From the NCBI GenBank assembly GCA_964016885.1, contig OZ024742.1:7068001-7132000 (forward strand): DNA of 64,000 bases, given 5' to 3'. The notes below the pieces were generated by a model, which saw nothing but the letters and a program-made list of their open reading frames with translations, searched no databases and was not told the origin of the DNA. The DNA comes from Eledone cirrhosa (taxonomy: Eukaryota). A program made the translations under genes and the position numbers. Positions 30,752 to 43,644 of the stretch are shown in pieces. How positions within the stretch are numbered: the first letter of the stretch is position 1; each line of letters begins with the position of its first letter.

Positions 30752-31044
30752 TTATATATATATATTTATATATATCACGATAAATTAACGGAGGCATAGG
30801 CCCTCGCTATTCCCTGTAATTAGTGTGCTCAAAGGAGAATAGATCCTGAGCTCTTTAAAATACAATATGTTGAAAAGGTCACACACCAGAGAGAGATATA
30901 TAGTGCGTTATCAATAATACAGGGAAAAAACCACCAGTGTATGGAATCTATAACCTATGAAAGGCAGACTATAGACACAATAATTAAAAATATAAATTAA
31001 AGCGTAAATAAACACCTCTATAACAATATAACACACGTACAAAT

Positions 31045-31110
31045 CCAAAGATATGTTTCACCAAAAATTTGTTGAAAGAAATGGTCTTGTCTCGGTTCAT
31101 CAGCGTGTGT
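31045..31110 (-). ncRNA. decayed hammerhead-like motif
   Basis: Reverse complement reads cacacg CTGATGA acc...ggt GAAA CATATC TT; stems I and III are poor. Confidence 0.35.
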
Positions 31111-31335
31111 AAGGCTATACATTTCAGACAACACTAAGAAAATTTTAAAATTAACTGTCCAACTACACGTGGGAGAGAGAGTCACAGCGTATTTAAGTGC
31201 AGTGAACCAGTGGCCTCTGAGGGACGAACTGCTAGAAAAGGCAGCTCAAAGCCACTCAGAGAAGTGTGCTCAATCAAACAATTTGATTTGTCTAAACATT
31301 TGTCTAAACATTGCGAAAAGAAGCAATGTTTAGAC

Positions 31336-32712
31336 AAGTGACACCCTGATAACATCTTAATGATGGGGGACTTCAACCTCCCCGGAGTTGACTGGTTCAC
31401 AAACAGCCTGCCACAGGTTCTTCTGCCTCAACCTCTGACAGGGAAGCAGTGGAATCGCTTCTTGACTTCATGGACGATTTCTCCCTGTCCCAACTTGTGC
31501 TCGAACCAACAAGGTGCCACAAACACGTCCTAGACTTAATTTTCAGCAATCACACTGACAATATCCACAATATTGCAGTGGAGAAAACTCTACTCTCTGA
31601 TCATGACATGGTTCTCTGTGATCTGAGATTCCACCGTCCAATATACAAACCCAATGTCATCTCTCCTGTCCATCCGTTTGACGCTATGGATTTCCACAAT
31701 GCAAACTGGGAAGCGATCAGTCATGATCTTGCACATGTCGACTGGTCCTTCTCGCACACTCATACACCCACTAAGATTAAAAAGTCCTGGCAGACATGTG
31801 TGGACACTGTTACAAATATATGTGCAAAACACACCCCATTAAGAACTAGAACCAAATCTAAGAGCAGAACCCCTAGAAACAGAAAAACGTTCATCAGGAA
31901 AATTAAGAGAACTAACAAAAAAATCAACAAGCTGAAATACTGTCAACAGCAACACATAAACTTGACTGCCATTTCATCACTAGAGATTAAAAAACATAAC
32001 CTCCAAAACAATATGATGTCTATCATCAACAATCAGAGAAGAGCTGAAGAGGCCTGGGTCATTGAGAAGATCAAATACAATCCCAAAGTGTTCTTTTCAT
32101 TTGCAAAAAAACATAAAATCACTGGCTCTACTGTTGGCCCTCTAATTGATGAAAATGGCACTCTTCAAGACAATGCTAAAACCATGGGCGAGATACTGCA
32201 GAAACAATACTGCTCTGTTTTCAGCAATCCTGATATGGCCGATCTGGGCTGTATCGGCGATGTTACTCCCTATTACACCTTATCGGACATAACGTTTGGC
32301 ACCCCTGATGTCTTAGCGGCAATAAAGGAAATCAAGCATAATTCAGCAGTTGGTCCCGATAGGTTCCCTGCTTTTGTCTTGAAGGCGTGTCAACACCAAC
32401 TTGCATCTCCTCTTGCCAATCTGTGGCAGAACTCACTGGATGCTGGATATGTGCCAGAAAACCTTCTATCCCAGTCTGTTGTCCCAGTTTTCAAAAAAGG
32501 AAACAAATCCCTTGCCGTGAATTACCGGCCAATCTCACTCACCTCTCATATGATTAAGGTATTTGAGAGAGTGGTGAGATCGCGAATGACTCACTTCCTT
32601 GAGAGTAACAATATGCTGAACTGCAACCAGCATGGATTCCATAATGGAAGGGATTGCCTGACGCAGCTACTGCATCACTTTGATGACACTTTGTGAGCCT
32701 TGGGAGAGGGTT
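31336..32712 (+). mobile_element. CR1-group family 1 internal fragment
   Basis: Near-identical to 17123-18498; ORF 31449-32696; truncated at both ends. Confidence 0.93.
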
Positions 32713-33925
32713 CTGATTACGGATTTGGTACGGGTGATGAGAAACGTGTCCCGCATGTGCAACCCCGAAGAACTAGAGAGACACATACAACACTTCATCC
32801 ACCGTATGCAGTTCTCTGGTTACAATCAGAGAGATAAAATCAGAGTGTATAGAGGAGCCAGAACCAAATAGGAAAAAATGGTAAATAATGACACAAATGG
32901 GACCTGCCCCTTGTATAGGAGCACATTTTGGAATAGAATAGAAAGAACTAGGAATAAGGCTAATAGAATAAACTCATGGTATGATAGCAATAAATACCAG
33001 AGTGTAATGTTCATCGATACAAGCCCTAGAGGTGAATTAGCTTACAAATTTAGAAGGGCCCTAGATAAACATAAACTCAATATTAAGATAGTAGAAAGAC
33101 CAGGTACCTCCGTAAAAACAGTTATTAGCAAGACATACCATTTTCAGAGACCCCCCCTGTATAGATAAGAAATGTATAACCTGTAAAATAAGCCCCCATA
33201 TTAACTGTAAAACTAGAAATGTAGTGTATAGCATAAGATGTACTGAAGGACAATTTAGAGACAAAAATATAGTGTACATAGGTGAGACAGCTTGTAGTGT
33301 AGGGGAACGGATAAATGAACACTGGCGAGACCTTCAAGATAGTAAAGAATCATCTGTACTCTACCAACATGCAGAAATAGAACATAAGGGTAAATTAGAG
33401 AACATAGAAATAAAAATAGAATCTACACACAGAAAAGACGCAATGTTTAGACAAATCACAGAGGCAATAAACATAAAAGAATTACAACCCAAATTAAATA
33501 GAAAATATGAGTGGAACAGCAACATCACAACTTACAATTAAGGACAAAATGAAAAGACACACGCACATAGAACAAACAACCAACCCGTAACATGTAAATA
33601 AACAAATAAATAAACGAATATAAACACACACAGACACACGGATGTGGCGCATGCGCAGACTGAGCACACAACACACACAGAAACAAAATGGCGTAGGACA
33701 GAACAAAGGAGAGGCACAAAAACAAAGAAAAGAATCCCCAGTCACTGAAGAGGTCACAGAATGTGTGACGAAAGAACTTTGACAATATATAAACAACTAT
33801 CTGGTTGTGGAACCAACCAACCAGAAATTTATAAATTCCTAAATTTATAAATTTATTATAATAAATTGAAGTGAAAGCAATTGGTGCGTGTGTTTCTTAT
33901 TGGCAACATGACCCTCCCAAAGTAT

Positions 33926-33932
<7 letters not shown>
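32713..33932 (+). mobile_element. Penelope-like element copy C (RT C-terminus, GIY-YIG, 3' UTR), disrupted
   Basis: Near-identical to the reverse complement of 20108-21327; contains a stop and a frameshift. Confidence 0.93.
33741..33783 (+). ncRNA. minimal hammerhead motif in PLE 3' UTR
   Basis: gtca CTGAAGA g gtcaca gaatg tgtgac GAAA GAAC TT tgac. Confidence 0.85.
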
Positions 33933-33997
<65 letters not shown>

Positions 33998-34629
33998 GTA
34001 TATGTGTATATATATATACATATATATATATATATAAGTATATATATATGTATATATATATGTATATATATATATATGTATATATATATGTATATATATA
34101 TGTATATATATATGTATATATATATGTATATATATATATGTATATATATATGTATATATATATGTATATATATATGTATATATATATGTATATATATATA
34201 TGTATATATATATGTATATATATATATATATATAAAACACCCATACACATATATGTGTGTATGTAAGTATGCTTATATATATATAAAGGTGAGTGTCTGC
34301 GTATATATCCAGTGTTATCATAGGAAACAATCAACACACCCACGCACACACACCCACACACACAGACACACATACACACAACCCGTGATATATGGCGTAT
34401 ACACTATGAAATAAAGATAACCACATTAGTGGGACGTTGTTATGAGTGGCAAACATTAACGGGAAAGACTTAATGTAATTTCCACATGGTGTTCCATAGA
34501 TAGTGTCTACATACACACACTTATACACACACTTACACACACACACTCACACACTCACACACACACACAGACACACACAGATACATATATATGTGTGTGC
34601 ATATGTATATTATATATATATATATCTTT

Positions 34630-34823
34630 AGGGCGGTGGATTGACAGAAACGGTAGAGGGTCGGACACCATGCTTTGCAGCATAGAGTTACGGCCATTTA
34701 CGATCTAATTTCAAATCCTGCCGTAGTCAACTTTGCGTTTCATCCTTGCGAGGTCGATAAAATAAAGTACCAGTAATGCACTGGGGGTAATTACTGGCCT
34801 TGTGCCAGAAGTAGAAACAATTA
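34630..34823 (+). mobile_element. tRNA-derived SINE (Octopus-type family 1)
   Basis: A/B-box-like head and conserved body tttcatcctt..ggtcgataaaataaagtaccagt; four copies in the window. Confidence 0.8.
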
Positions 34824-35102
34824 TATATATATATGTGCATATATACATATATATATATGTATACACACACACACACGCATATATATATATATATGTATAT
34901 ACTGTACATACATGTGTGTATATATCTATCTATATACATGTATATATACACACTCTGCATTTCCCCACTAAGTACTTCCATGATTTGTGGTTCCTCCGGT
35001 CTCAGCACCATATATTCTCTCTCTCTCCCCCGCTTCCCTCTCTATCTATCTATCTATCTATCTCTCTCTCTCCCCCTCTCTCTCTCTCTCTCCCTCTCTC
35101 TC

Positions 35103-35206
<104 letters not shown>

Positions 35207-35419
35207 CACATATATAAGTATGTATAGGTACATATATATATGTATACAGACGTATAGTAGTATGTATATATATATATATACATGCACACATATATATATG
35301 TACGTATGGATTTACCGAACATTTATAATAATACACGGTGTGTTTGTAAACAAACATCCCGAATTAAGCCGTAGTGTCTAGAAACCATCGTTGCCCTTTT
35401 ATTTAACACTGACAAAGGA

Positions 35420-35462
35420 ACGATGTACTAGTTTCAAGCTTATTAGCTATCGTCAGCACCGT
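35420..35462 (-). ncRNA. minimal hammerhead motif
   Basis: Reverse complement of 35542-35584. Confidence 0.85.
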
Positions 35463-35541
35463 ATACCTTCCTGCCAGATGAACGTCTGAGAGTATATACT
35501 TTCCTTATGCCTTATTAACGGCTGAGCAGCCTAATTTGCAT

Positions 35542-35584
35542 ACGGTGCTGACGATAGCTAATAAGCTTGAAACTAGTACATCGT
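35542..35584 (+). ncRNA. minimal hammerhead motif
   Basis: acggtg CTGACGA t agct aata agct t GAAA CTAG TA catcgt. Confidence 0.85.
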
Positions 35585-35721
35585 TCCTTTGTCAGTGTTG
35601 AACAAAAGAGCAACGCTGGTTGCTAGACACTACGGCTTAATACGGGATGTTTGTTTACAAACACACCGAGTATTATAATAAATGTTCGGTGAATCCATAC
35701 GTACCTATATATATATGTGTG

Positions 35722-35761
<40 letters not shown>

Positions 35762-35892
35762 CTACTGTACGTCTGTCTACATATATGTATGTACGTATAC
35801 ATACTTATATTTAAGTAACAGCCGTACTAAGAGTGAGAAATGAAATTCGTTTCATTTTTTCCGTTTAATTATATATACGTTTATATATAGTA

Positions 35893-36210
35893 TACACTGA
35901 GGATGAAAAACTCAGAGCTGTATGGGAGCATCCCAAAAGTCAGCTCAAAAGTGACACAGAGGAGACTGAGGTTGGCTGGACATGCTCACCGACATCCAGA
36001 GTTGACATTGCACTCAGTGCTCCTTTGGGAGCCCCTACATGGACACACTAGAAGAGGAAGACCAAGGTTAACATATGTTGATGCCCTAAGGACAGACACT
36101 GGTCTGTTGGAGATGCAGGATATGGCAGCGATAATGAGGGACAGAGACCGCTGGAGAGAACTCGTCCATGGATCTCGGGAATTTTACCCGCCTTAGATAG
36201 ATAGATAGAT
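35893..36210 (+). mobile_element. RTE-clade LINE 3' end with (TAGA)n tail
   Basis: RRLRLAGHAHRHPE...LLWEP.HG..RRGRP..TY.D.L..DTG...M.DR..WR. Confidence 0.88.
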
Positions 36211-36308
36211 ATATATATATATACATATATATAATGGAAAATTTGAACAGGAACAAAACAGAGAGGCAGTACAACGAATGTTTATTAACTTCACGCTCTG
36301 GAGAGTGG

Positions 36309-36372
<64 letters not shown>

Positions 36373-37082
36373 AAAAATTGAGCTGCGGCGCTGCAAATGG
36401 GTTACATATGAAAAAGTTTGTACTCATCAGTGGCCATCCAACCGTCGTAGGCATTTCGTCGCATTAAAGGCCATATACCTCAGGTTGGTGCGAGCAACGG
36501 CTAAAAAAAAGTCATTGGGACACGTAAATAAAGGGGACGCTAGGGTAAACAAACAAAATGGTTTAAGCAGCAGAAAGTGATGAAGAAGGAAACAAGTCCC
36601 AGATTTCTATGAATATAAATTCGGTGGAATCGTGAACGAGAGAATAAAGACCATCAAACCTGGTTGAAATGTGAGCAAGGAAGGAATTTCGCACAGGTCT
36701 AACGGGAGGAAGAAGGGGTCTGGTCTGCGAATTCGGTAAACATATATGTTATATAAATAGAGAGCGCAAGGACTGTGTTTATGTTGTGTATTTGGTGTTG
36801 TCTTCCTATAATAATTCATATAACAAAATGTATTTCCTAAGATTCCCTGTCAAGTTCCCTACCCCGCTCCTTTATCCCCCTCTTGTAGCAATCCCAGTAC
36901 TATTCCATATACAGTCCTCTTCATTCTGCCATAACATTTATATATTCTTACATAAACACATACCACCCCATGTAGCAATTTATCTCGTATTGTTTATTTT
37001 TCATTCCAACTACTCTCACAATACATGTAACAATTAACTTTCACGTTTCTCTCTCTCTCACCCCCTCTCTCTCTCTCTCTCT

Positions 37083-37159
<77 letters not shown>

Positions 37160-37198
37160 GAGAGATAAATATATACATATATATATAGAGAGAGATAA

Positions 37199-37231
<33 letters not shown>

Positions 37232-37233
<2 letters not shown>

Positions 37234-37930
37234 AGGTTTGCGAGGTTTTTTATATGAAATCGTGTGTCGAAACAAATATTGTTATACTTGGGGAGGTCAT
37301 ATTTGCGTAATATTGCCAGAATTAATAACAGAACATACTCACTGTTTGGTTGGTTTTCGCTTTTCGGTTCTTTGTCTTTTATATCGGTTAATTTAATTCA
37401 TTCAGTCTTCAATGTTACCATTGACTGACCAACGGTCAAACATACAGATACAATATAGACACAAACACATATATATAGTCTAACAAAGTTCTTTCGTTGC
37501 ACATCTGCAACATCGTCAGTGGTGCTATTATGTTTCCTCCCGTTGTATTGTTTGCTTACGCCATCTTTATTTAGTCTGTTTATTTATTTATTTATTTATT
37601 GTTTTGTCTTCTCTGCGCATGAGTTTGCGTGTGTGTATAGTGTTTTGTTTGATGTGTGTTCGTGTTTGGGTGACTGTGTATTGGTTATTGTATTCTATCT
37701 TAGTTTACTCGTGTGTGTTTATATGTGTTTGTTTTTATTGTGCTTGTATATGTATTTATTTATTTATACTTCTCTTATGTCAGTGTTGTTTGTTTGGGTG
37801 TTGTTGTCATTCCATTCATTTTTTCTTAACAGAAGCGAAAAGACACAGAAGCGAAAATCAACCAAACAGTGAAGTGTTCTGTTATTAATTCTGGCAATAT
37901 TATTACACAAAGATGACCCTCCCCAAGTAT

Positions 37931-37936
<6 letters not shown>
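37232..37936 (-). mobile_element. non-coding relative of the PLE 3' UTR with terminal inverted arms
   Basis: gaaatcgtgtgtcgaaac..atattgttatacttggggaggtcat resembles 4892-4938; inverted arms about 37277-37365 and 37843-37936. Confidence 0.7.
37482..37524 (-). ncRNA. minimal hammerhead motif
   Basis: Reverse complement reads cacca CTGACGA t gttgca gatg tgcaac GAAA GAAC TT tgtt; stem I is weak. Confidence 0.65.
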
Positions 37937-37989
<53 letters not shown>

Positions 37990-38123
37990 TAGAAGTTGTA
38001 TTTAATTTGTTGGAAGACCGACAAACATAAATGTTTATAACTGATTTAGAGCCCTCAACAAACTACTGGAGTAAATATTCAATGATATTAAATAAATGGA
38101 AACTATATTTATAAAACCATATT

Positions 38124-38188
38124 TATTTTATTATATATATTTCAAGGGCAACCAAGACAACATTGTTACGCTTTCATCAGATAAAATA
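38124..38188 (-). ncRNA. minimal hammerhead motif (family A)
   Basis: Reverse complement reads tattttat CTGATGA aag...ctt GAAA TATATA TA ataaaata. Confidence 0.78.
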
Positions 38189-38214
38189 CAAAGCTTGTTT
38201 TATAAATTGAGACG

Positions 38215-38309
38215 TACCCATGAAAATTCTACCTTATCGGTTGGAAATTCATGGGATAGTTGAACTATCCCATGAATTTCCAACCGATAAGGTAGAATTT
38301 TCATGGGTA
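38215..38309. repeat. perfect palindrome, 47-bp arms around a 1-nt centre
   Basis: tacccatgaaaatt...gggatagtt g aactatccc...aattttcatgggta. Confidence 0.92.
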
Positions 38310-38436
38310 GTAGAGTGGGTAATAGGAACAAGTATGACCCCGACGGCAGAGCTCAAGTCGTTTCGACGGCTATTTCTGGACTAGAAATAGGCGTCGAAAG
38401 GGCTTGAGCTCTGCCGTCGGGGTCATACTTGTTCCT
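38309..38436 (-). mobile_element. family F fold-back repeat
   Basis: Palindrome centred on ctatttct ggact agaaatag. Confidence 0.8.
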
Positions 38437-38451
38437 ATATATATATATATA

Positions 38452-38726
38452 TATATCCAAAATTAAGATAGATTAAAAGAATTCAATCAGAATCGAAAGT
38501 TATGGGTGTCATTCCTTAACGGTATACGCCATATCGCCCGGAAAATAAGCTCTAGGACTGTGTAAGTACGAGCATTTTAATAACTAGGAATTGATCAACA
38601 TATATATACATAAATATAAACATGAAAAATCACAGGAGATAATTTTGGCGCATTCCGTTAAGGAATGACACCCATAATTCTCGATTCTGATTGAATTCTT
38701 TTAATCTATCTTAATTTTGGATATAG
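38452..38726. repeat. inverted-repeat element with ~80-bp arms
   Basis: atatccaaaattaagatag...ccttaacgg versus ccgttaagg...ctatcttaattttggatat. Confidence 0.8.
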
Positions 38727-39155
38727 ATATATAATACTGCTCCTTAATTGTAGAGCTAACTCTGTTGAAGGGAATTGACTGCTATTTCTAGTTGTCGAAT
38801 ACCTATTCACGCCACTGAAACGAAGCCGCTGTGATGTGTAATATCAACACGTGGTAACGGCCAGTTTAAGATTTTGACTCGAAGTGTAAACATGGATCGC
38901 TTGATATTGTTCTTCCTTGTTGATAATCCATAAATATCCACTTTCCGTGACTTACCATCTGATTAATTGGTGAAATATATTTCTTTAATGAAATATATAC
39001 AGGGAAGATTAATCATTAAAAGGTATATATTTTTGAAGTTCTAGTTAACTTTATTTATTTGTTACCTACTAGCCATGCGTGGTCACACGCTTGTAAAAAT
39101 TATCTCCTGTTATTTTTCATGTTTATATTTATTTATATATATATATGTTGATCAA

Positions 39156-39206
<51 letters not shown>

Positions 39207-40244
39207 ATAATAATAAAATTGAAGACTAAAATCCAAAGAGGGCTCGATCAGGAAAATATATATCAAATATATAAGAACCGAAGAGCATTTACGTGGTTTT
39301 TTTGTCTTTGCGTGCTATTGTTCTCCACGCTCCACATATGACTTATTATCTTCGTTTTTTCGTTCATTGTCAGAGAACGTCTCTATGCACCACCTAAGAG
39401 AACATTAGTCTACTACCTCTTTTATACCATAAACGTGGTTCTGTCTTTGCGCGTAATTGTTTTTCACCGCTCCTATTAGTGACGTATCTTATTCGTTTTT
39501 TCCCGTTCTTTGCCAGCGAACGTTTCCACGAACCAAAGTATCGTCTTCCTGTCTTCCTCCGATTGCAACGTTTTTTGAAATATCCAGTTCTGCGTTTACA
39601 GATTGACTTTGTTAGTTTCAGAAGATCCCGTTAAGGGTGAAAGCAGCGATTCTTTGCTTAAACTTTAATCTGTTATTTTAATAATAAATATATATATATA
39701 TATATATATCCGTGGCTGTGAAAAAGGAAGAAGGAAAACGGAGTTGTTGATATATTAATTATTTATATTCATAGAAAGAATAAGAAAGTGCTGCCTTATG
39801 TTTGACGGGCCAGTTATGGCCATCACCCCAGATTCTGTAAGGTGAGGAGCCATCAAAGGCGTCACAGTCTGGGGAGATGCCCATACCAGGACCTTGATAT
39901 GTCATACTCATACTATTGACTTCACTTTGTCGGATACATACACACAGACACACAGACAGACATATAAACAGACATACAGACAGACATATAAACAGGCAGA
40001 CAGACAGACACATTTCTGTTTATTTGCCACGAGGGCACAAAAGAAAGGGACACATACATGCGGGGGCAGGGGGGTTACATAAAAATCGAGTAAAAATTGT
40101 AATAACAAATAAAATTATAACGAAAAGGTCCTCAATAGGGAGGGATCGTTTTGGGGTCACACACACCCCCCAAAATAAATGTGCGACCCTTCTCCACGGG
40201 AGCACAAAGAGAGGGTGCTCCCTTCTTTCTTCATCCTTTTCCAC

Positions 40245-43200
40245 CTACAGGCTGAGGTAGAGAGAAGGCCCATTCACACGGGCCATTCTCTCAACATTCA
40301 CCCACCTTTCATAAAACTGGCTGGAATGGAGCACCTCTCTCTCCATCCTGATCCTTCTTCCGAAATGGTATCGGATGAAAAGGACCAGTTGTTGGCCGGA
40401 AAGAAAGGTGTCCGACCTCAGCCCTTTTAAACGCGTCCACCATACAACCTCTTTTACCATGGCTATTACACAGAGCAAGACCGCCTCTCCTTCATTTTTG
40501 AAAGGGGGAGGAGGCTTGATCGTTACAATGGACTCGGTGGTCAACATAATTGATCCCACCCGTTACAGCAGTCGTTCGACATATCCCCACAGATCGGCAA
40601 CGCCCGGGCAGTGTACAAATGCGTGCGAGACGGTTTCCTCGTCGCGCACGCATCTGGGACAGATCTTTTTCGAGGGGTCCCTACCCGGGCGCCCGTGTCT
40701 GTAGAGCTTATCCCGAACGGGCAGAGCCCCTCGGTAGCACTTCCAGGCCAAGGACTTCTGGAAGTTGTCCATAGGTCCCGGGCCGAAAGTCCTACCGAAT
40801 AGGCTGGCCAGTTCGTCCTACTCCATGACTAGGGTTTCTCCGAGGGCGTCGTCGCACCTGCTAACCACCAGCCCTCTATAGAATGACGAGGTCGAGTCTC
40901 CACCCATAGCCGGGTCCGCCTGCCAGAGAGCCGTGAGCGCCTGGGCACACGCGGTGTGCCAGTCGCCCAGTTTTCTCGGTCTTTGCTTCATCCAGGACTG
41001 CAGCTCGGTGAGCAAGACGAGCCTCGAGAAGGCTCACCTCACAAACGGGGCCCACACCGGTTGACCGGTGAGGAATACCTGGAGGTGCCGTAGCCTCAGT
41101 GCATGTTTACGCCTTTTTAGCCACGGCATCCCCAGCCCTCCTTTCAAAGGGTGTTGACAGCAGATGGATCTCCTCACTAGAGGAGACCTCTTCTTCCAAC
41201 GGAATTGAAAGAGAGCGCGCTCTATTTTGGCGAGGATCTCAGCCGGGCAAGGCACGACAGTCAAGCGGTAATAGATTACCTCCGCCCGACCTTTCATGGA
41301 TAGTTTGCACTCGGCCCACTTCTGGGTCAGTGCAAACACCCTATTCGTAACCTCACCCCAGTATTTCTCCACCTGGAGGTCCGGTCCGAACCAGACCCCA
41401 AGCAACTTCACCGGGCCCTCCGTCCACCGTCCGACGATACCGTCGGATGGCATCGGTTTGCACCTCCACTCGCCGAGTTGCAAAGCGACCAACTTGTCCC
41501 GGTTCAGCTTAGCCCCTGTCAACCTTCGTACTCTTCCAGTAAGGTGCCGATTGCCCCGATTTCCGCTGTGGTTTACACCATTACTTTTACGTTATCGGCG
41601 TAGGCCGACACCGCTTTGCGCAATCCCGGGACCAAAGGGATGCCCTGCAACAACTCCAACTTCCGCAGTAGTGGCTCGAGAGCCAATACATACAGAAGGG
41701 AGGAGAGAGGGCATCCCTGTCGGATGGAGCGGGTGATTTTGAACGGCTCCGAGAGGTAGCCGTTCACCTTGACTCTAGAGCAGATACGGCTGCTATGCAT
41801 GGCAGTGATCCAGCCCCTGAAAACGGGTCCGAAACCAGCCGCCGCTAGCACCGCATCCATGTAACCATGCTTCACCCTATCGAAAGCTTTAGTCTGATCT
41901 AAATTGAGCAGCGCCCCACCAAAGCCGGGTTCGTTCCCAACCCTCTCTATGATGTATCGCATGAGGTGGAGGTTGTCGTGGATTGACCTGGACGGGATAG
42001 CGCATGTCTGCGCATCTCTCACCAGGCTCCCCACGACAAGTGTCAGACTCGTCGCTAACACCTTGGCCAAAATCTTTAACTCTGCATTTAGCAGAGTTAT
42101 GGGCCTAAAATTACTAATGTCATCCTTCTTGTTCTCGTCCTTCCTCACTAGCGAGACTACGCCCTTGGTCACAAAACAGGGAAATTATCCCGTTTTGTTG
42201 CCAGTTGCGGTAGACCGCCTCGAGGAGATCGGGGAACAAGTCCGGCATATTAATATATAGTTCGTAAGCAGACCATCGAGGCCCGGAAAATTTGCGTTTG
42301 CCGCATAGGCTTAGCACGTTCCCTATTTCAGCAGCTGAGATCGGCCTGTCGCAGGACTTCGCCTCCTCGTCCGAAAGACGCGGCAGGCCGTCGAGGTATG
42401 GACCGAAATCCACATCCCCAACCGGCCCCCCGCCCCTCCCGAACAATCCGGAAAAGTGCCTTTGAAAGGCTTCGCACATTTGCTTAGGTTCAAGGATCAC
42501 CCGTCCATACTCTCACGCGGGCCCAGCTAACAGCTTTGGTCCCCTCGTTTCCCAGAGCACGTATTTTTCTTCGGACAACGCAGCCTTCGTGTTTCGCGTC
42601 GAAGAACTGGCTCAAGGCCGCTCTCGACGCTTGCACTCTGGCCACGTTGCCGCTTCTAATTGACTCTTCAACATTAACTACCAACTCCCTTTCCTTCCTA
42701 TTTCTATCTGAGGCTAACTCCTTACTAACTACTATTGAAACTACTCTAATCTCTCTTTTCAGAGAGCCCCACCACCTGCTGTTGACGATGGCGCCCGTCA
42801 ACCGCTCCTTAACTAAGGTTCTAATCCGGTCCCTGCAAGCTCTACTTGCCGGTAAGGTCAAGTTGCGCTTCCAGTAACCAGGTCCCTGCCTATGCGTTCT
42901 ATCAAGGTGGACTACGCAGGTCACTAACTTGTGGTCTTAATAGTCAACCATGAGCATTTCTGGACAACTTAAAATGTCCATATTCTTAATTCTAACTAAG
43001 AACCTATCTAGGTACGATCTAGATTGACCGCTGTGGTTTGTCCAAGTCCAGGTTGGCACAGTCGGAAAATCTAGTCGATATCTATCGGCCAGGTGAAATA
43101 GGCCGATTAACCCCTTGAGGTTGTTACGCCCCCCCCCCTCTATCGGGACATGCCCTTACATAGTCCCAACGTGCATCTAGGATACCATTCCAGTCCCCCA

Positions 43201-43621
43201 CTAATAGCAAGGAGCGGGACGTCCCTAGAATAGTCTCCAGACAATGGAAGAAGTACGACCGCATTGCTCCAAAAGGGGCGTAAACGGCGACCAGTCTAAA
43301 AGCTTCGCATTCACCACTGCCAAGGTCCAGAACCGCCAGTCGACCCTCCGGGTCCAAGTGTACCGTCTGTGTAGCGAGACCCAGATGTTTTTACACCAGA
43401 ACGACAACCCCACCCCCACCCCCACCTTCGGGCTGACAGAGAGATGCGTGCATCTCAAAGTCATCAAAGGTGGGGGCTAGCTGTCGCACGCTGCTGATCC
43501 GGGCCTCGCAAATAACCATCACATTTATACATCGTGACCTGAGGTCATTTAGAAGTTTAGTTTGCTTCCAAGGTGAGCCCAGGCCACGCGCATTTAGACA
43601 ACCTACTCTTAACGCAGCCAT
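40245..43621 (-). pseudogene. Tx1 ORF2 (APE-RT-zinc finger) with many frameshifts and stops
   Basis: LNARGL, VGDWN, GPGYWK, FRPITLLN, DQTKAFDRV, QGCPLS, SAYAD, CPRC...ETVSHAFVHC. Confidence 0.92.
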
Positions 43622-43644
43622 ATTGGTGGCAAAGAAAGAGGCAC

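Larger units (their letters stand above)
35210..35810. mobile_element. fold-back element with two outward-facing hammerheads
   Basis: Inverted arms about 35210-35463 and 35541-35808 with a ~77-nt spacer. Confidence 0.85.

Noticed and set aside
39612-39655. CAGAAGA tccc gttaa gggt GAAA as a hammerhead
   Set aside because: Core mismatch and no convincing stem I or III; too weak to call
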